Below, piece by piece: positions 1 through 9,059 of a DNA stretch of 64,000 bases. Below the pieces are notes generated by a model. That model worked only from the letters and a program-made list of their open reading frames with translations, had not been told where the DNA came from and did not search any database. How positions within the stretch are numbered: position 1 is the first letter of the stretch; each line of letters begins with the position of its first letter. The DNA is from a virus (Duplodnaviria; Heunggongvirae; Uroviricota; Caudoviricetes): positions 1-64,000 of IMG/VR virus record IMGVR_UViG_3300031949_000001; one strand, written 5' to 3'. The position numbers were made by a program, and so were the translations under genes.

Positions 1-13
1 AAGGAATATCCAC

Positions 14-355
14 ATGAAGATCAACACCAAACGCCTTGCGTTGCTTGCGTATTACCTCCCCTCTGTGCCACCCGAAGAATTCAACATCGTTTCGTGGCGT
101 AAATGCGCAATCGGATGGGCAACGAAGGTTCCAGAATTTGTCAAACTCGGTTTTTATATGGATGAAAACAATCCAATAACTCCGGTCTATCATTCCTACG
201 AGAATTGGAAAGCCGTCCAAAAATTCTTCGGTCTGTCTGAATCGGAAGCAAACTACCTTTTCAGCATGTACAAATATAACTACTCACCTTATGTATCCCC
301 AATATTTGTTGCACGTCGTATTAAGAAATTCATCAAGACCAACAAGGAAGTCTAA
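14..355 (+). CDS. Hypothetical protein, CAIGW family, paralog 1
   Basis: AAGGA RBS. Shares KRLxLLAxYLxSVP, CAIGW(A), PEFxxLGF and NWxAVxKFFGL with 2134..2556. Confidence 0.8.
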   Translation: MKINTKRLALLAYYLPSVPPEEFNIVSWRKCAIGWATKVPEFVKLGFYMDENNPITPVYHSYENWKAVQKFFGLSESEANYLFSMYKYNYSPYVSPIFVARRIKKFIKTNKEV

Positions 356-400
356 CAAACTTCAAGTAACATAGCAACACTAAACTCAAGGAAACAAATC

Positions 401-730
401 ATGCAGAATGCCTACAAAGAACTTGCCGATGCGATGGAACGTGGTTGGGAAATGGCTCCCCACAATTGTTATTGGTTCTTCAATGACACTCATGGTGTAT
501 CTAATATTCCCATTGAAGAAGTTAAGTCTGCATGCGCCATGGGTCATGCCTTGCTCGGAATCAGTTCGACAGACGTGAACAACTTATATAGACTCTTTCC
601 AGTGCTCAAAACAAAAGCGCCTCATCCCGAATTCAAAGGCATCGAAACACTCGAAACCATTTTCAATCATATGCTCGATGAAGGTGCTTGGACCACTTCC
701 GATGCCATTGCTTGGCTCAGATCACTCTAA
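401..730 (+). CDS. Hypothetical protein, ADAMERGW family, paralog 1
   Basis: KELADAMERGW...CAMGHALLG...WTTxxxxxWLRS motif shared by five ORFs in 401-4083. Confidence 0.85.
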   Translation: MQNAYKELADAMERGWEMAPHNCYWFFNDTHGVSNIPIEEVKSACAMGHALLGISSTDVNNLYRLFPVLKTKAPHPEFKGIETLETIFNHMLDEGAWTTSDAIAWLRSL

Positions 731-805
731 AAAGGATTTTTTCACCATGGCACGCCATACAATCATCGCCGAAGCCGTAATCGCAACTTCATTAGGAGAA
801 CAACT

Positions 806-1150
806 ATGAGACAAGATGTTAAAGACCTAGCCGACTCAATGGAGCGCGGCTGGAAGCTCGCCCCCAAGAATTGCTTCTGGTATTTCAACAATGACAGCAG
901 GATTACCCGCATTCCATTCGAACAGGTATTCGCTGCGTGTGCGATGGGACATGCTATACTCGGCAAAGGAACCACGAACCTTGGAGAGATAAGCAAACTT
1001 TTTCCAATCCTTGACACCCAAGAGGTTCTCCTACCCGGTCTTCATATGAACACGGTGATGCTTTCCGAAGCCATTAACGATTTGTTGTTGCATGAAAATT
1101 GGTCAACGCCTCAGGTTGTCGCATGGCTCAGGACTCATCAAAACGATTAA
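806..1150 (+). CDS. Hypothetical protein, ADAMERGW family, paralog 2
   Basis: KDLADSMERGW...CAMGHAILG...WSTPQVVAWLRTH; AGGAG RBS. Confidence 0.85.
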   Translation: MRQDVKDLADSMERGWKLAPKNCFWYFNNDSRITRIPFEQVFAACAMGHAILGKGTTNLGEISKLFPILDTQEVLLPGLHMNTVMLSEAINDLLLHENWSTPQVVAWLRTHQND

Positions 1151-1158
1151 ACCGTCAA

Positions 1159-1380
1159 ATGAACAAACCATCTTGGACAGTTCTTTATAATATAGTCACT
1201 CCGGGTTCCCCTTGGATTGGAACAGGATGGGAATTTTTTGACGATAAAGAAGCAGCACAGTCCTGTTACAATCATCAAATCAAAATCGGGAACTACCCGA
1301 CGATGCGCCCATATTACGCTGGATACAAGGACGGTAAAGAATTTGATTACTGGCATCTTGGAGCAGCGCATCGGATGTAA
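1159..1380 (+). CDS. Hypothetical protein
   Basis: MNKPSWTVLY... fills the gap after paralog 2; start inferred. Confidence 0.6.
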   Translation: MNKPSWTVLYNIVTPGSPWIGTGWEFFDDKEAAQSCYNHQIKIGNYPTMRPYYAGYKDGKEFDYWHLGAAHRM

Positions 1381-1436
1381 TAATTGACATCCTAACAAAC
1401 TTCGATTAGAATAGCAACATCAACTGGAGAAACATT

Positions 1437-1748
1437 ATGGATCAAGCAACGAAAGAATACGCCGATGCAATGGAACGAGGCTGGGCGAAATGCCCAAAGA
1501 TGTGCAAATCGAGATTTTATATCGGTTTTCCCAACACACCTGAATCCTGTTGCGGTAATGGTCACGCCGCCCTCGGTAAGCACGGCGATGCAAGCCAGTG
1601 GTACACATTCGAGAAAACCGTTAAACATGTCATGGTCAAAAAGGATGCCGACACAATAGACCTTCCGACTGCAATCGACTTTCTTGCCATTGCAAACTGG
1701 ACAACACCTCAAATCGTGGAATGGATTCGTTCCCATAAGAATGATTAA
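1437..1748 (+). CDS. Hypothetical protein, ADAMERGW family, paralog 3
   Basis: KEYADAMERGW...CCGNGHAALG...WTTPQIVEWIRSH; upstream TTGACA-17-TAGAAT promoter. Confidence 0.85.
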   Translation: MDQATKEYADAMERGWAKCPKMCKSRFYIGFPNTPESCCGNGHAALGKHGDASQWYTFEKTVKHVMVKKDADTIDLPTAIDFLAIANWTTPQIVEWIRSHKND

Positions 1749-1760
1749 GAGGAAAAACAC

Positions 1761-2123
1761 ATGAGACAAGATGTTAAAGAACTAGCTGACGCAATGGAAA
1801 GAGGTTGGTCGATCCTTCCCCATATGTCTTTTTTTATGTTTTTCCAATCCGATCATCCCCGATTCAATCAATGGAACTTTCGAGAGTTCGAAGCAAACTC
1901 TGCCTGTGCTCAAGGTCATGCTCTGCTCGGCACTCCTAAAGCAAAGGGAATCAATGACCGTCACACATTCTTTCCGATTCTTATGGAACAAAAGGTGTTC
2001 TACAAGAGACCTTACAACTTCAGTGAGGAAATCTCTCTAGGAAGCGCTATCGACAAATTAGTCTCGATTGGATGGACCACCCCTCAAGTTGTCGAGTGGC
2101 TTCGTTCCCATCAAAACGATTAA
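1761..2123 (+). CDS. Hypothetical protein, ADAMERGW family, paralog 4
   Basis: KELADAMERGW...CAQGHALLG...WTTPQVVEWLRSH. Confidence 0.85.
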   Translation: MRQDVKELADAMERGWSILPHMSFFMFFQSDHPRFNQWNFREFEANSACAQGHALLGTPKAKGINDRHTFFPILMEQKVFYKRPYNFSEEISLGSAIDKLVSIGWTTPQVVEWLRSHQND

Positions 2124-2133
2124 GGAATTACCT

Positions 2134-2556
2134 ATGAAAAAGCCTAAACTGAAACGATTGAGCCTACTGGCTTGGTATTTGCGTTCCGTTCCAAGACAAT
2201 ATTTTGGTCTTATGTCTTGGTTGTACCTGAATGGAAGTAAATTTGTCAATGGACTCCTCAAGGATATCGAATGTGGCACGACTGCCTGTGCAATCGGGTG
2301 GGCGGGTCATATTCCTGAATTCCGTAATCTCGGCTTCGAACTTTTTTACAATGGTGTCACCTCGGTCGTCCCATCTTACAAAGGTCAAAAGAATTGGGAA
2401 GCCGTTGAAAAATTCTTCGGATTAACCAGTGCAGAAGCACTGCATCTTTTCAGCGCGCACCATTACTCCAAAGGAAACGGCACCCTACCTTTTGAAGTGG
2501 CAAACCGAATTGACAAGTTTGTTGCTGATCACTCATCCATACGCCTCGGGAACTAA
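2134..2556 (+). CDS. Hypothetical protein, CAIGW family, paralog 2
   Basis: Start moved to the ATG after the AAGGA RBS; homologous to 14..355. Confidence 0.8.
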   Translation: MKKPKLKRLSLLAWYLRSVPRQYFGLMSWLYLNGSKFVNGLLKDIECGTTACAIGWAGHIPEFRNLGFELFYNGVTSVVPSYKGQKNWEAVEKFFGLTSAEALHLFSAHHYSKGNGTLPFEVANRIDKFVADHSSIRLGN

Positions 2557-2557
2557 T

Positions 2558-3088
2558 ATGCTACCCCGTCTGAAAATTTTTCAGTATGATGCGAAGAACG
2601 AAACCGTTTCTACCTTCGCATCACTCGATGATACTGACGAGGATAAGACTCGTTGGATCGCTGCTGTTGATGATCTGACGGCGGATGCATTTGCTGCCTC
2701 TCGCGGCTGGACGCCTTCAGGTGGTGAAATATTTCATAACCATGCCTATGATACAGTAGCCGACTACAACGCTGCTGGAGTTGATATAATACTCTTCCCA
2801 ATGGAATCGATCAAGCTTGGAGATATATTTGAGGATTGTTCATTCGCGCCTCTATTGTGTACCGTCTCCGACTACAAAAATGATTTCCTTCAAGGAATTT
2901 CTTTAATCGATGGTCATTTACGCTCCTGTAGTGCTAAACATTGCGGAGTTCGTAAACTTACTATAGAGCAGGCTTTGGTTCTAAAGAACCACCAGGAAGA
3001 TATCCTAAAATATTGGGACAATCCTGAGACAGTAGTCTCACCCGAAGCCAAGGCATACCTTGATTTTTACATGAAACAGTGGGATTGA
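2558..3088 (+). CDS. Hypothetical protein with Cys-rich C-terminal domain
   Basis: IKxGDxFxDC...GISxxDG...SCSxxxC shared with 63059..63331. Confidence 0.7.
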   Translation: MLPRLKIFQYDAKNETVSTFASLDDTDEDKTRWIAAVDDLTADAFAASRGWTPSGGEIFHNHAYDTVADYNAAGVDIILFPMESIKLGDIFEDCSFAPLLCTVSDYKNDFLQGISLIDGHLRSCSAKHCGVRKLTIEQALVLKNHQEDILKYWDNPETVVSPEAKAYLDFYMKQWD

Positions 3089-3599
3089 AAAGATAACATA
3101 GTATATAAAGGAATTGACCCTAGTTAAACTTTAGGGTACAATAACCTCTTCTCTATTGAGGGAAGCACGCAGATGAAGATCAATTACCGAAAACTTACAA
3201 GTGGGTGGCGTTGGGAGATTCTCAGTGAAACTGGTGAGTGTCTGCAACATGGTTGGTCTAAGCTCAAATCCAGAGCAAAAATACAGGCGGAAGAATCTTT
3301 CATCAAACTGAAGACTGTCGGATCTGCTCCTCGGAAAGCATCATATTGTAGTTGACAGCATAACTTAGTTAAGGCACAATGGCAATATCAACTAATGGAG
3401 TAACAAATATGAAAACCGCAACCGATCATGCCAATGAATTAAGACATTCCCGCTGGAATCTTGAAGCTGGAATTCAACCACCATCTCTGGAGCAACTTCA
3501 CGCTCACTTAGCTCTTGTGTCAATTGCTATCGAGGTCTGGTTGCGAACACTTGATTCTGTGGACAATCATAGTTAAATATCAACTAATGGAGTAACATC

Positions 3600-3767
3600 A
3601 TGCTGAACATTTTTCTGATCGTCGTTGCAGTGGTCTTTTCTTGGCTCGCCGTTATCTGGAGTAAGAGTGGTATGGTGAACATGGTGTATAAGTTTGTGTT
3701 CTTCATGTTGATGTCTTGGAGCATTTTTCTCGTCCTTCAACAGTACGGCTACATCATCAAGGTGTAA
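3600..3767 (+). CDS. Small membrane protein (55 aa)
   Basis: GGAG RBS, two hydrophobic stretches; below the ORF-track cutoff. Confidence 0.6.
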   Translation: MLNIFLIVVAVVFSWLAVIWSKSGMVNMVYKFVFFMLMSWSIFLVLQQYGYIIKV

Positions 3768-3768
3768 C

Positions 3769-4083
3769 ATGGATCAAGCAGTTAAAGAATACGCAGCCGC
3801 AATGGAACGGGGCTGGAAGAAGTGTCCGAAGATGTGCCGAACATCTTTTTATGAAGGTTCACCCACCTCTCCTGAAGCCTGTTGTGGTAATGGTCATGCT
3901 GCCCTCGGAAAACATAACGACGCAGCCATGTGGTATCTTTTCGAAGAAACCATTGAACATATCAAGGTTAAGCGGGGTTTTGATACAATGGAGCTTTCAA
4001 CCGCAATCGATATTCTTTCCATCGAAGGCTGGACGACTCCTCGGATTGCCGCTTGGATTCGTAGTCATTTGGAAGATGAATGA
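3769..4083 (+). CDS. Hypothetical protein, ADAMERGW family, paralog 5
   Basis: Closest to 1437..1748 (CPKMC, CCGNGHAALGKH). Confidence 0.85.
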   Translation: MDQAVKEYAAAMERGWKKCPKMCRTSFYEGSPTSPEACCGNGHAALGKHNDAAMWYLFEETIEHIKVKRGFDTMELSTAIDILSIEGWTTPRIAAWIRSHLEDE

Positions 4084-4406
4084 TTAACTTTATCATAGGA
4101 TTGTACGTCGAACTCATCTGTCTCAAGGACAAGTTTCTTGCGCTCAACCACCAGGAAAAGTTTATTGTTCTAATGGGTATTGGTGGGATGATTTTGTGTG
4201 TTATTAGCACATACCCCGAACTGTCGGGTGTGCTCCTCGGAAAGCATTCCATTGTTTATGCTTTCATAACACTCGTGACGGCTGGTATCGGGCTCCTCCT
4301 CGGAATTATATTCGGCTTAGTTATTCTGAATGTTATACCTTTTATCAAGTGCGTAAGGGGATACATTTCTCACACAATCAGTCTCGGTCGTCAACATAGG
4401 AACTAA
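4080..4406 (+). CDS. Membrane protein
   Basis: Overlaps the upstream stop (ATGA); 2-3 hydrophobic segments. Confidence 0.65.
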   Translation: MINFIIGLYVELICLKDKFLALNHQEKFIVLMGIGGMILCVISTYPELSGVLLGKHSIVYAFITLVTAGIGLLLGIIFGLVILNVIPFIKCVRGYISHTISLGRQHRN

Positions 4407-4453
4407 CATCATAAAGAAGTGACAATTACCAAACCGAAATAGGTAGAGTTAAT

Positions 4454-4810
4454 ATGAGATTCACAACCATTGAAACAAGAACAACTTATGGCTTAATCGT
4501 TTCCGCACGGGAATTTGAACTCATTCTGGATCGGGATGATGAACTGCTTGCCGCAGGAAACTATGAGGCGTTACTGAGTTCCCTAATTGGAAACGTTCCG
4601 AACTTGTACGGGAGCCTGCGCTATCACAAGAACGATGGTCCTTATATTCGTTTCACATTGAAGCATGACCAACAAGCTCGCAGCACCGGCTTGGATACAA
4701 ATGCGATCAGCTTGGAGCAAATACATAGCATCGTGCGGGCTTACATCAATGAGCAGGAAGATATGATGAATATTGGTTTTAATTTATTCAAAGGAATCGA
4801 GGAATCATAA
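4454..4810 (+). CDS. Hypothetical protein
   Basis: ORF in the same operon direction. Confidence 0.6.
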   Translation: MRFTTIETRTTYGLIVSAREFELILDRDDELLAAGNYEALLSSLIGNVPNLYGSLRYHKNDGPYIRFTLKHDQQARSTGLDTNAISLEQIHSIVRAYINEQEDMMNIGFNLFKGIEES

Positions 4811-4854
4811 GGAATAATTACTAGTAATATAAAAAACAAAGATTGTTATTATTT

Positions 4855-4889
4855 GTGGTAAAAAGTGGGTAATTGTGGGAGAAAGTGGG
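4855..4889 (+). promoter_or_regulatory. MraZ-operator-like GTGG(G/T) direct-repeat array
   Basis: GTGGT-N5-GTGGG-N5-GTGGG-N5-GTGGG at exact 10-bp periodicity. Confidence 0.6.
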
Positions 4890-5309
4890 TTCCATTTTGT
4901 CGGAATATCTTAAAGATGAAGCTAAGGTTGTCGATCATGTGACAAAATGATTTTAATTCCCCTCACCGTTACACCCCCTAAACCCTTGATATTACTAGTA
5001 ATAATGTTTTTGAACAATTTTGTAATGGTCTGGATTGCTCCAGGTGTAGTATGACATACCGGCTACAGTGTGAACGAGCCTTATGCGTGGATCAAGCTCT
5101 GTCTCCGGATGTCGGTAGAAAGAAATTGGGCTGAGTGTCGGTGTCCAAGGACAAAAGTCCTCTGCGTGCTTCAATTTCTTTAACAATTCGGCGATGGTGA
5201 TGTCCATGAGGTTCCTCTCCTATGTCTCTATGGGTGTAAGACTGCTCAAGGATGCCTTAAGTGACATAAGGCATGCTTGAATAGACTCAGCCTAAGGGGC
5301 TTTTTGTTA

Positions 5310-5600
5310 ACAAAATGGCTCATAAATGGTTCAAATGGCTCGAAATTGGTTCGTTTTTTGTTTTATCGGGTATTTTGTAAAAAATTTTGTGAGGTTTGTC
5401 GAAAATGGGGTCGAAAGGTTAATTTAATTTTACAAAATGGCTCAAACTGATTGTTATAGCATTGTTAAACGATTGACAACACTTGTGAACATGGTCAAAC
5501 TTTAACAATTAACAATTTTTCACAATTGACCGGCGATTTTGTCAATGTTAAATGACTGTTAACAATTTTTTAATGAGCAGGCTGGCAATACTTCCGCCAG
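5310..5600. repeat. AT-rich noncoding region with short helically phased repeats
   Basis: AAATGG(C/T)T x4 at 10-11 bp spacing; several TTGTNAAC/TTGACAAC/TTAACAA motifs. Confidence 0.5.
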
Positions 5601-5654
5601 CATGAGACTATTATACATTAAAATCAATCGGATGTCAATGTTTTTTAATTTAAC

Positions 5655-5741
5655 ACAAAAGCGAAAACCCATACCTCTCCCCTCGGGGCGCTTGCGCCTT
5701 CGATCTGCAACCATTATAGCAAAAAACTTTGTTCAAGTCAA
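5655..5741 (-). ncRNA. Promoter-driven short RNA element, GRGAGGUAU family, copy A
   Basis: TTGACT-17-TATAAT, then hairpins and GGGGAGAGGTAT; nearly identical to copy E. Confidence 0.5.
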
Positions 5742-6059
5742 GCGAAAAGGCAACAAAAATCCTTTTCAACAACGAAAATCTTTAAAGTCTGTAAAACGTG
5801 AGACTTTTTCACTTTTGTGTCATCAATCTTTGACAATTTTTAACAATTTTGTTTTCTTCCTCTTGGAGTATGGACTTATTTGATGCCATACAAAGGATAC
5901 ATCGACAAAATCGAGAAGAATTTAACAAAAATCAACAACGGGTTTTACAATTTCCCTGATTCAAGGGCGTATGTGCTATTGTATCACAACCAGTTTCCTA
6001 ATGCAAGGATGCTCGCGACTGGCACCAACGGAGAGCCTTAAGCTTTCAAGTGTATTTAG

Positions 6060-6132
6060 TGTTGATCCATACCTCCCCACTGGTTTCTGATACCATGAAA
6101 GTGATTATACACTCTCATAGCCATTTTGTCAA
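6060..6132 (-). ncRNA. GRGAGGUAU element, copy B
   Basis: TTGACA-17-TATAAT, then ATGGTATCAGAAACCAGTGGGGAGGTAT. Confidence 0.5.
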
Positions 6133-6138
6133 GCGGGT

Positions 6139-6366
6139 TTAGTCGCCTTTGATGATAATTCGCTCTTCGAGACCATTCTCAGGTGCTGCCACGAACGAAT
6201 ACGGGTAGGTTTCGCTCTTAACCTCTGGTGCTTCGATGATATACACGCTCCCAATGCCTATCATGGGTGTCGTAGCGACACCCCTAACGATGCCTTTGAG
6301 GCGCTTGCCGTAGATCAGGTTGCGAACCCACACTGTAGCACCATCTTTGTACTTGAAATCGTCCAT
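6139..6366 (-). CDS. Hypothetical protein
   Basis: MDDFKYKDG..., last gene of a tightly packed minus-strand operon. Confidence 0.6.
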   Translation of the reverse strand: MDDFKYKDGATVWVRNLIYGKRLKGIVRGVATTPMIGIGSVYIIEAPEVKSETYPYSFVAAPENGLEERIIIKGD

Positions 6367-6367
6367 T

Positions 6368-6565
6368 TTATTTGTTCCTAAGAAATTTAACATGATTGTT
6401 GAACATTTCCACATCATCCCGATGAATCTTAATGAAATGGTAGTCATCCAGGTCGCCTATATAGCGCGCTCCAGAGGCTTCTAAATAGCGAACGCCATAC
6501 TGACACTGCAACCCGACCTTAGAGCGGCAGATGTCACCAAAATCGATGTAATCGTCGTTGTTCAT
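6368..6565 (-). CDS. Hypothetical protein
   Basis: Translationally coupled minus-strand operon. Confidence 0.6.
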   Translation of the reverse strand: MNNDDYIDFGDICRSKVGLQCQYGVRYLEASGARYIGDLDDYHFIKIHRDDVEMFNNHVKFLRNK

Positions 6566-6765
6566 TAGCTCGCTTTGATGATTTCGATGGGTACACCAGG
6601 AAAGTGACGCTCACAATACGCCTTTCCGTTGCCTTGTGCAACCCTAAATCCAAAATCGAGATTCTGCGCGCTCAATCCTGGCATGGTAGACGGTAGATCA
6701 GTCTGAATTGAGACATGATCAGCAAAATGTTTGTGCTCAACGATCTGGATGTAGAGTAATTTCAT
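6565..6765 (-). CDS. Hypothetical protein
   Basis: Coupled operon. Confidence 0.6.
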   Translation of the reverse strand: MKLLYIQIVEHKHFADHVSIQTDLPSTMPGLSAQNLDFGFRVAQGNGKAYCERHFPGVPIEIIKAS

Positions 6766-6771
6766 AATTTT

Positions 6772-6990
6772 TCAACTTTCTTCAAATTCTTGGTGCTGGC
6801 TGATGAACTCGACCGCTTCCCAATGCATTTTCTCGACTGCTGGAGACCTTAAGGCTTTGATTGGCTCACTTTCACTTCCCATAAACAAACGGGAGTTAAC
6901 CTCGCGTGTGAAGGAATTGCGCGAGGCTGAGACTGCACACAAGTGCTTAAATGCTTCCTTGAACAGCTTTTCGTAGTTTGGAGTTGACAT
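6772..6990 (-). CDS. Hypothetical protein
   Basis: Coupled operon. Confidence 0.6.
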   Translation of the reverse strand: MSTPNYEKLFKEAFKHLCAVSASRNSFTREVNSRLFMGSESEPIKALRSPAVEKMHWEAVEFISQHQEFEES

Positions 6991-6993
6991 TTT

Positions 6994-7266
6994 TCACTCT
7001 TGGAGGATGAATCTCTCGATCAATTTGTCGTCTATGCCTGGACGTGAGCTAATGTTGAGCGATTCGCTCCTGCCGTAGCATTCTGCATTGAGTTCTGGTG
7101 CTCTATAGAAGCCATACTCGCCATTATCGATGCTGAACGATACAAACCCAGCCGCGACAACCTTGCGCGCTCCAGCGACCTCTCTATGATTGAGCAAAGA
7201 CGCGAAAACAATGGGCATTTCCAGCCCGTTGCTCTCCACGATGATGTATTTGGTGTGATCGAACAT
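6994..7266 (-). CDS. Hypothetical phage protein
   Basis: Coupled operon; AAGF...CYGRSESL motif. Confidence 0.65.
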   Translation of the reverse strand: MFDHTKYIIVESNGLEMPIVFASLLNHREVAGARKVVAAGFVSFSIDNGEYGFYRAPELNAECYGRSESLNISSRPGIDDKLIERFILQE

Positions 7267-7267
7267 G

Positions 7268-7558
7268 TTACTCGACGGTTTCCTCGTCGTCTTCGTCGGA
7301 ATCCTCTTCCGTCAACTTGGCTTTGAGGTTATCGTTCCACTCTTGGATGCGCTGCTCACCAATCCAGGTGACTAGCGCCTTTTGTGCGCCGGGATTGTCT
7401 GACAGGAAGGACAGAAGTTGGCTCTCACCCATGAAGGTGGTGTGGTAACCTAGTACGCCTACGATGGTTTCCAGGCGCCTTACGCCATTGTCACTTTCAA
7501 ACTGGAACATCCGTTCCTGCTCGATATAGGCTTGAAGATTGCGTTCGACGGTTTTCAT
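7268..7558 (-). CDS. Hypothetical protein with acidic C-terminus
   Basis: Coupled operon. Confidence 0.65.
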   Translation of the reverse strand: MKTVERNLQAYIEQERMFQFESDNGVRRLETIVGVLGYHTTFMGESQLLSFLSDNPGAQKALVTWIGEQRIQEWNDNLKAKLTEEDSDEDDEETVE

Positions 7559-7813
7559 TTGAATTTGAATGTCTCTTTGAGTTGGGTTTCGGTGGGTTTC
7601 TTCCAGTTGAGGATTCTACCAGTTTCCACGTCGATGTCAAGCATCACGTAGTCACCATAATGGTCTTCCGGAAACCAACCAGGAACGTAATCATCGTACT
7701 CGGAACCGATTTGGCGCCCGTCTGAGTCGTGCAAGCTGGCGGCGAATAGATCGCGCTGCACTTCGCTGATATCGTGATCGTCTTGGCTTTCATTTCACAT
7801 TCCTTTGTAAATT

Positions 7814-7954
7814 TGGCTATCCTCGGAAGGCTTCGAACCCCCGTCCTCTTCGTTTACTCTACTCGTTTCCGGTTAACAAGCAGAGCCGCGACTTGGCTAG
7901 CACTTATCGCAGCTACGCTCCCGAAGTGCTCTAACCTACTAAGCTACGAGGACA
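7814..7954 (-). ncRNA. tRNA-like RNA whose anticodon loop is replaced by a two-hairpin insert
   Basis: Acceptor (T)GTCCTCG/CGAGGAT(A) then GCCA; D arm GCTT/GAGC; stem CTTCG/CGAAG encloses ~70 nt; T arm GGGGG-TTCGAAG-CCTTC. Confidence 0.75.
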
Positions 7955-7989
7955 AAGGAAGTATATCTTAAAACCGATCCTTTTGCAAG

Positions 7990-8571
7990 CTAAACTAACC
8001 AGTCTAGGCGGGCAGCGGAGAAGGAAGGCGTTGCGACAGGCTTGCGGTAAGTGGTCGAGCCACCTATCGTGTGACCCGGCTTGAGGACGCCTTTACATTC
8101 CAGGCAATGGTAGTTTTTTCCACCTAACTGCATCTTCTTGTGGCGAATAGCCCCGACCATGATGACGCGACAATTGCACGAGTACGTATATTGAGTCGTC
8201 TGGCGTGCCTTGGCGTTGCTCACGTCATACTGATGACAGCGATCAGCAGGAAGCCCGAAGGCGCTCATGACGCGCTGCCATTCGTTACCGTGGGGCTTGA
8301 TTCGCTGAGTGGGGTGGAGAGCGTACGCGATCAGGTGCGCGACCTCATGCCCGATTGTCTGCTTGACGTAGTTATCGAAGTTCTCAGCGCAAAGCGTTTG
8401 ATTGACCAGAACGTAATTGTTCCGATAATCCGCTTTGCCGCCTATGGTACCCCGAAGGTCGAACTTGACGACAGGCATCGCGAAATCTTTGGAGTAACGA
8501 ATCCGCGCTTTTTGAACGTAAGCGACAACAGCCAACTGAACTGCTCTGATCTGATCTTGCGTTAGTTTCAT
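7990..8571 (-). CDS. SprT-like zinc metalloprotease
   Basis: HEVAH...PHGNEW zinc motif plus YxCxC...CxxC. Confidence 0.9.
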   Translation of the reverse strand: MKLTQDQIRAVQLAVVAYVQKARIRYSKDFAMPVVKFDLRGTIGGKADYRNNYVLVNQTLCAENFDNYVKQTIGHEVAHLIAYALHPTQRIKPHGNEWQRVMSAFGLPADRCHQYDVSNAKARQTTQYTYSCNCRVIMVGAIRHKKMQLGGKNYHCLECKGVLKPGHTIGGSTTYRKPVATPSFSAARLDWLV

Positions 8572-8683
8572 GACTTCCTCTCAGTTGTTGAAGCAATTGT
8601 ACAGATAAACTTTGTTTAAGTCAAGTCTTGACTCGAACTAATTTTTACTATATACTCTCTTCATCGTTACCGAGGAAAATGAA

Positions 8684-8953
8684 ATGCTCCCGAGATTCTA
8701 TCACTGCGGTTGTTGCGAACAGTACCATGCCGTGGAATTCGATGGCGATTGCCGCGACGATTCCGCGCGCTTCAATCCCGAAGACCTGGACGAGCAGTAT
8801 GGCGATCATGGCTGGGAAGAAATCGATCAGGAAGACCTCGAAGACTATGAAGACTATGAAGACGGCATGTCAGATGCTGAAGCCGATGCGGATACGCTAC
8901 GCTCCGCAGGTTGGGGAACCGACGAAGATTATGGTGGGTGTCACGGGGATTAA
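8684..8953 (+). CDS. Acidic hypothetical protein with CGCC..H motif
   Basis: Own promoter TTGACT-17-TATACT and GAGG RBS; very D/E-rich. Confidence 0.7.
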   Translation: MLPRFYHCGCCEQYHAVEFDGDCRDDSARFNPEDLDEQYGDHGWEEIDQEDLEDYEDYEDGMSDAEADADTLRSAGWGTDEDYGGCHGD

Positions 8954-8974
8954 ATTTATCATTCAGTTCAAACC

Positions 8975-9059
8975 CCGTTTTTATAAGTGGATCTCCATAC
9001 CTCTCCACTGGTCGCCGATACCATAAAAGAATTATACCGGAAAACTTTGTTCATGTCAA
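8975..9059 (-). ncRNA. GRGAGGUAU element, copy C
   Basis: TTGACA-17-TATAAT, then ATGGTATCGGCGACCAGTGGAGAGGTAT. Confidence 0.5.

Noticed and set aside
5602-5883. ORF-track protein
   Set aside because: Overlaps promoters and element A on the other strand; no RBS; low-complexity translation
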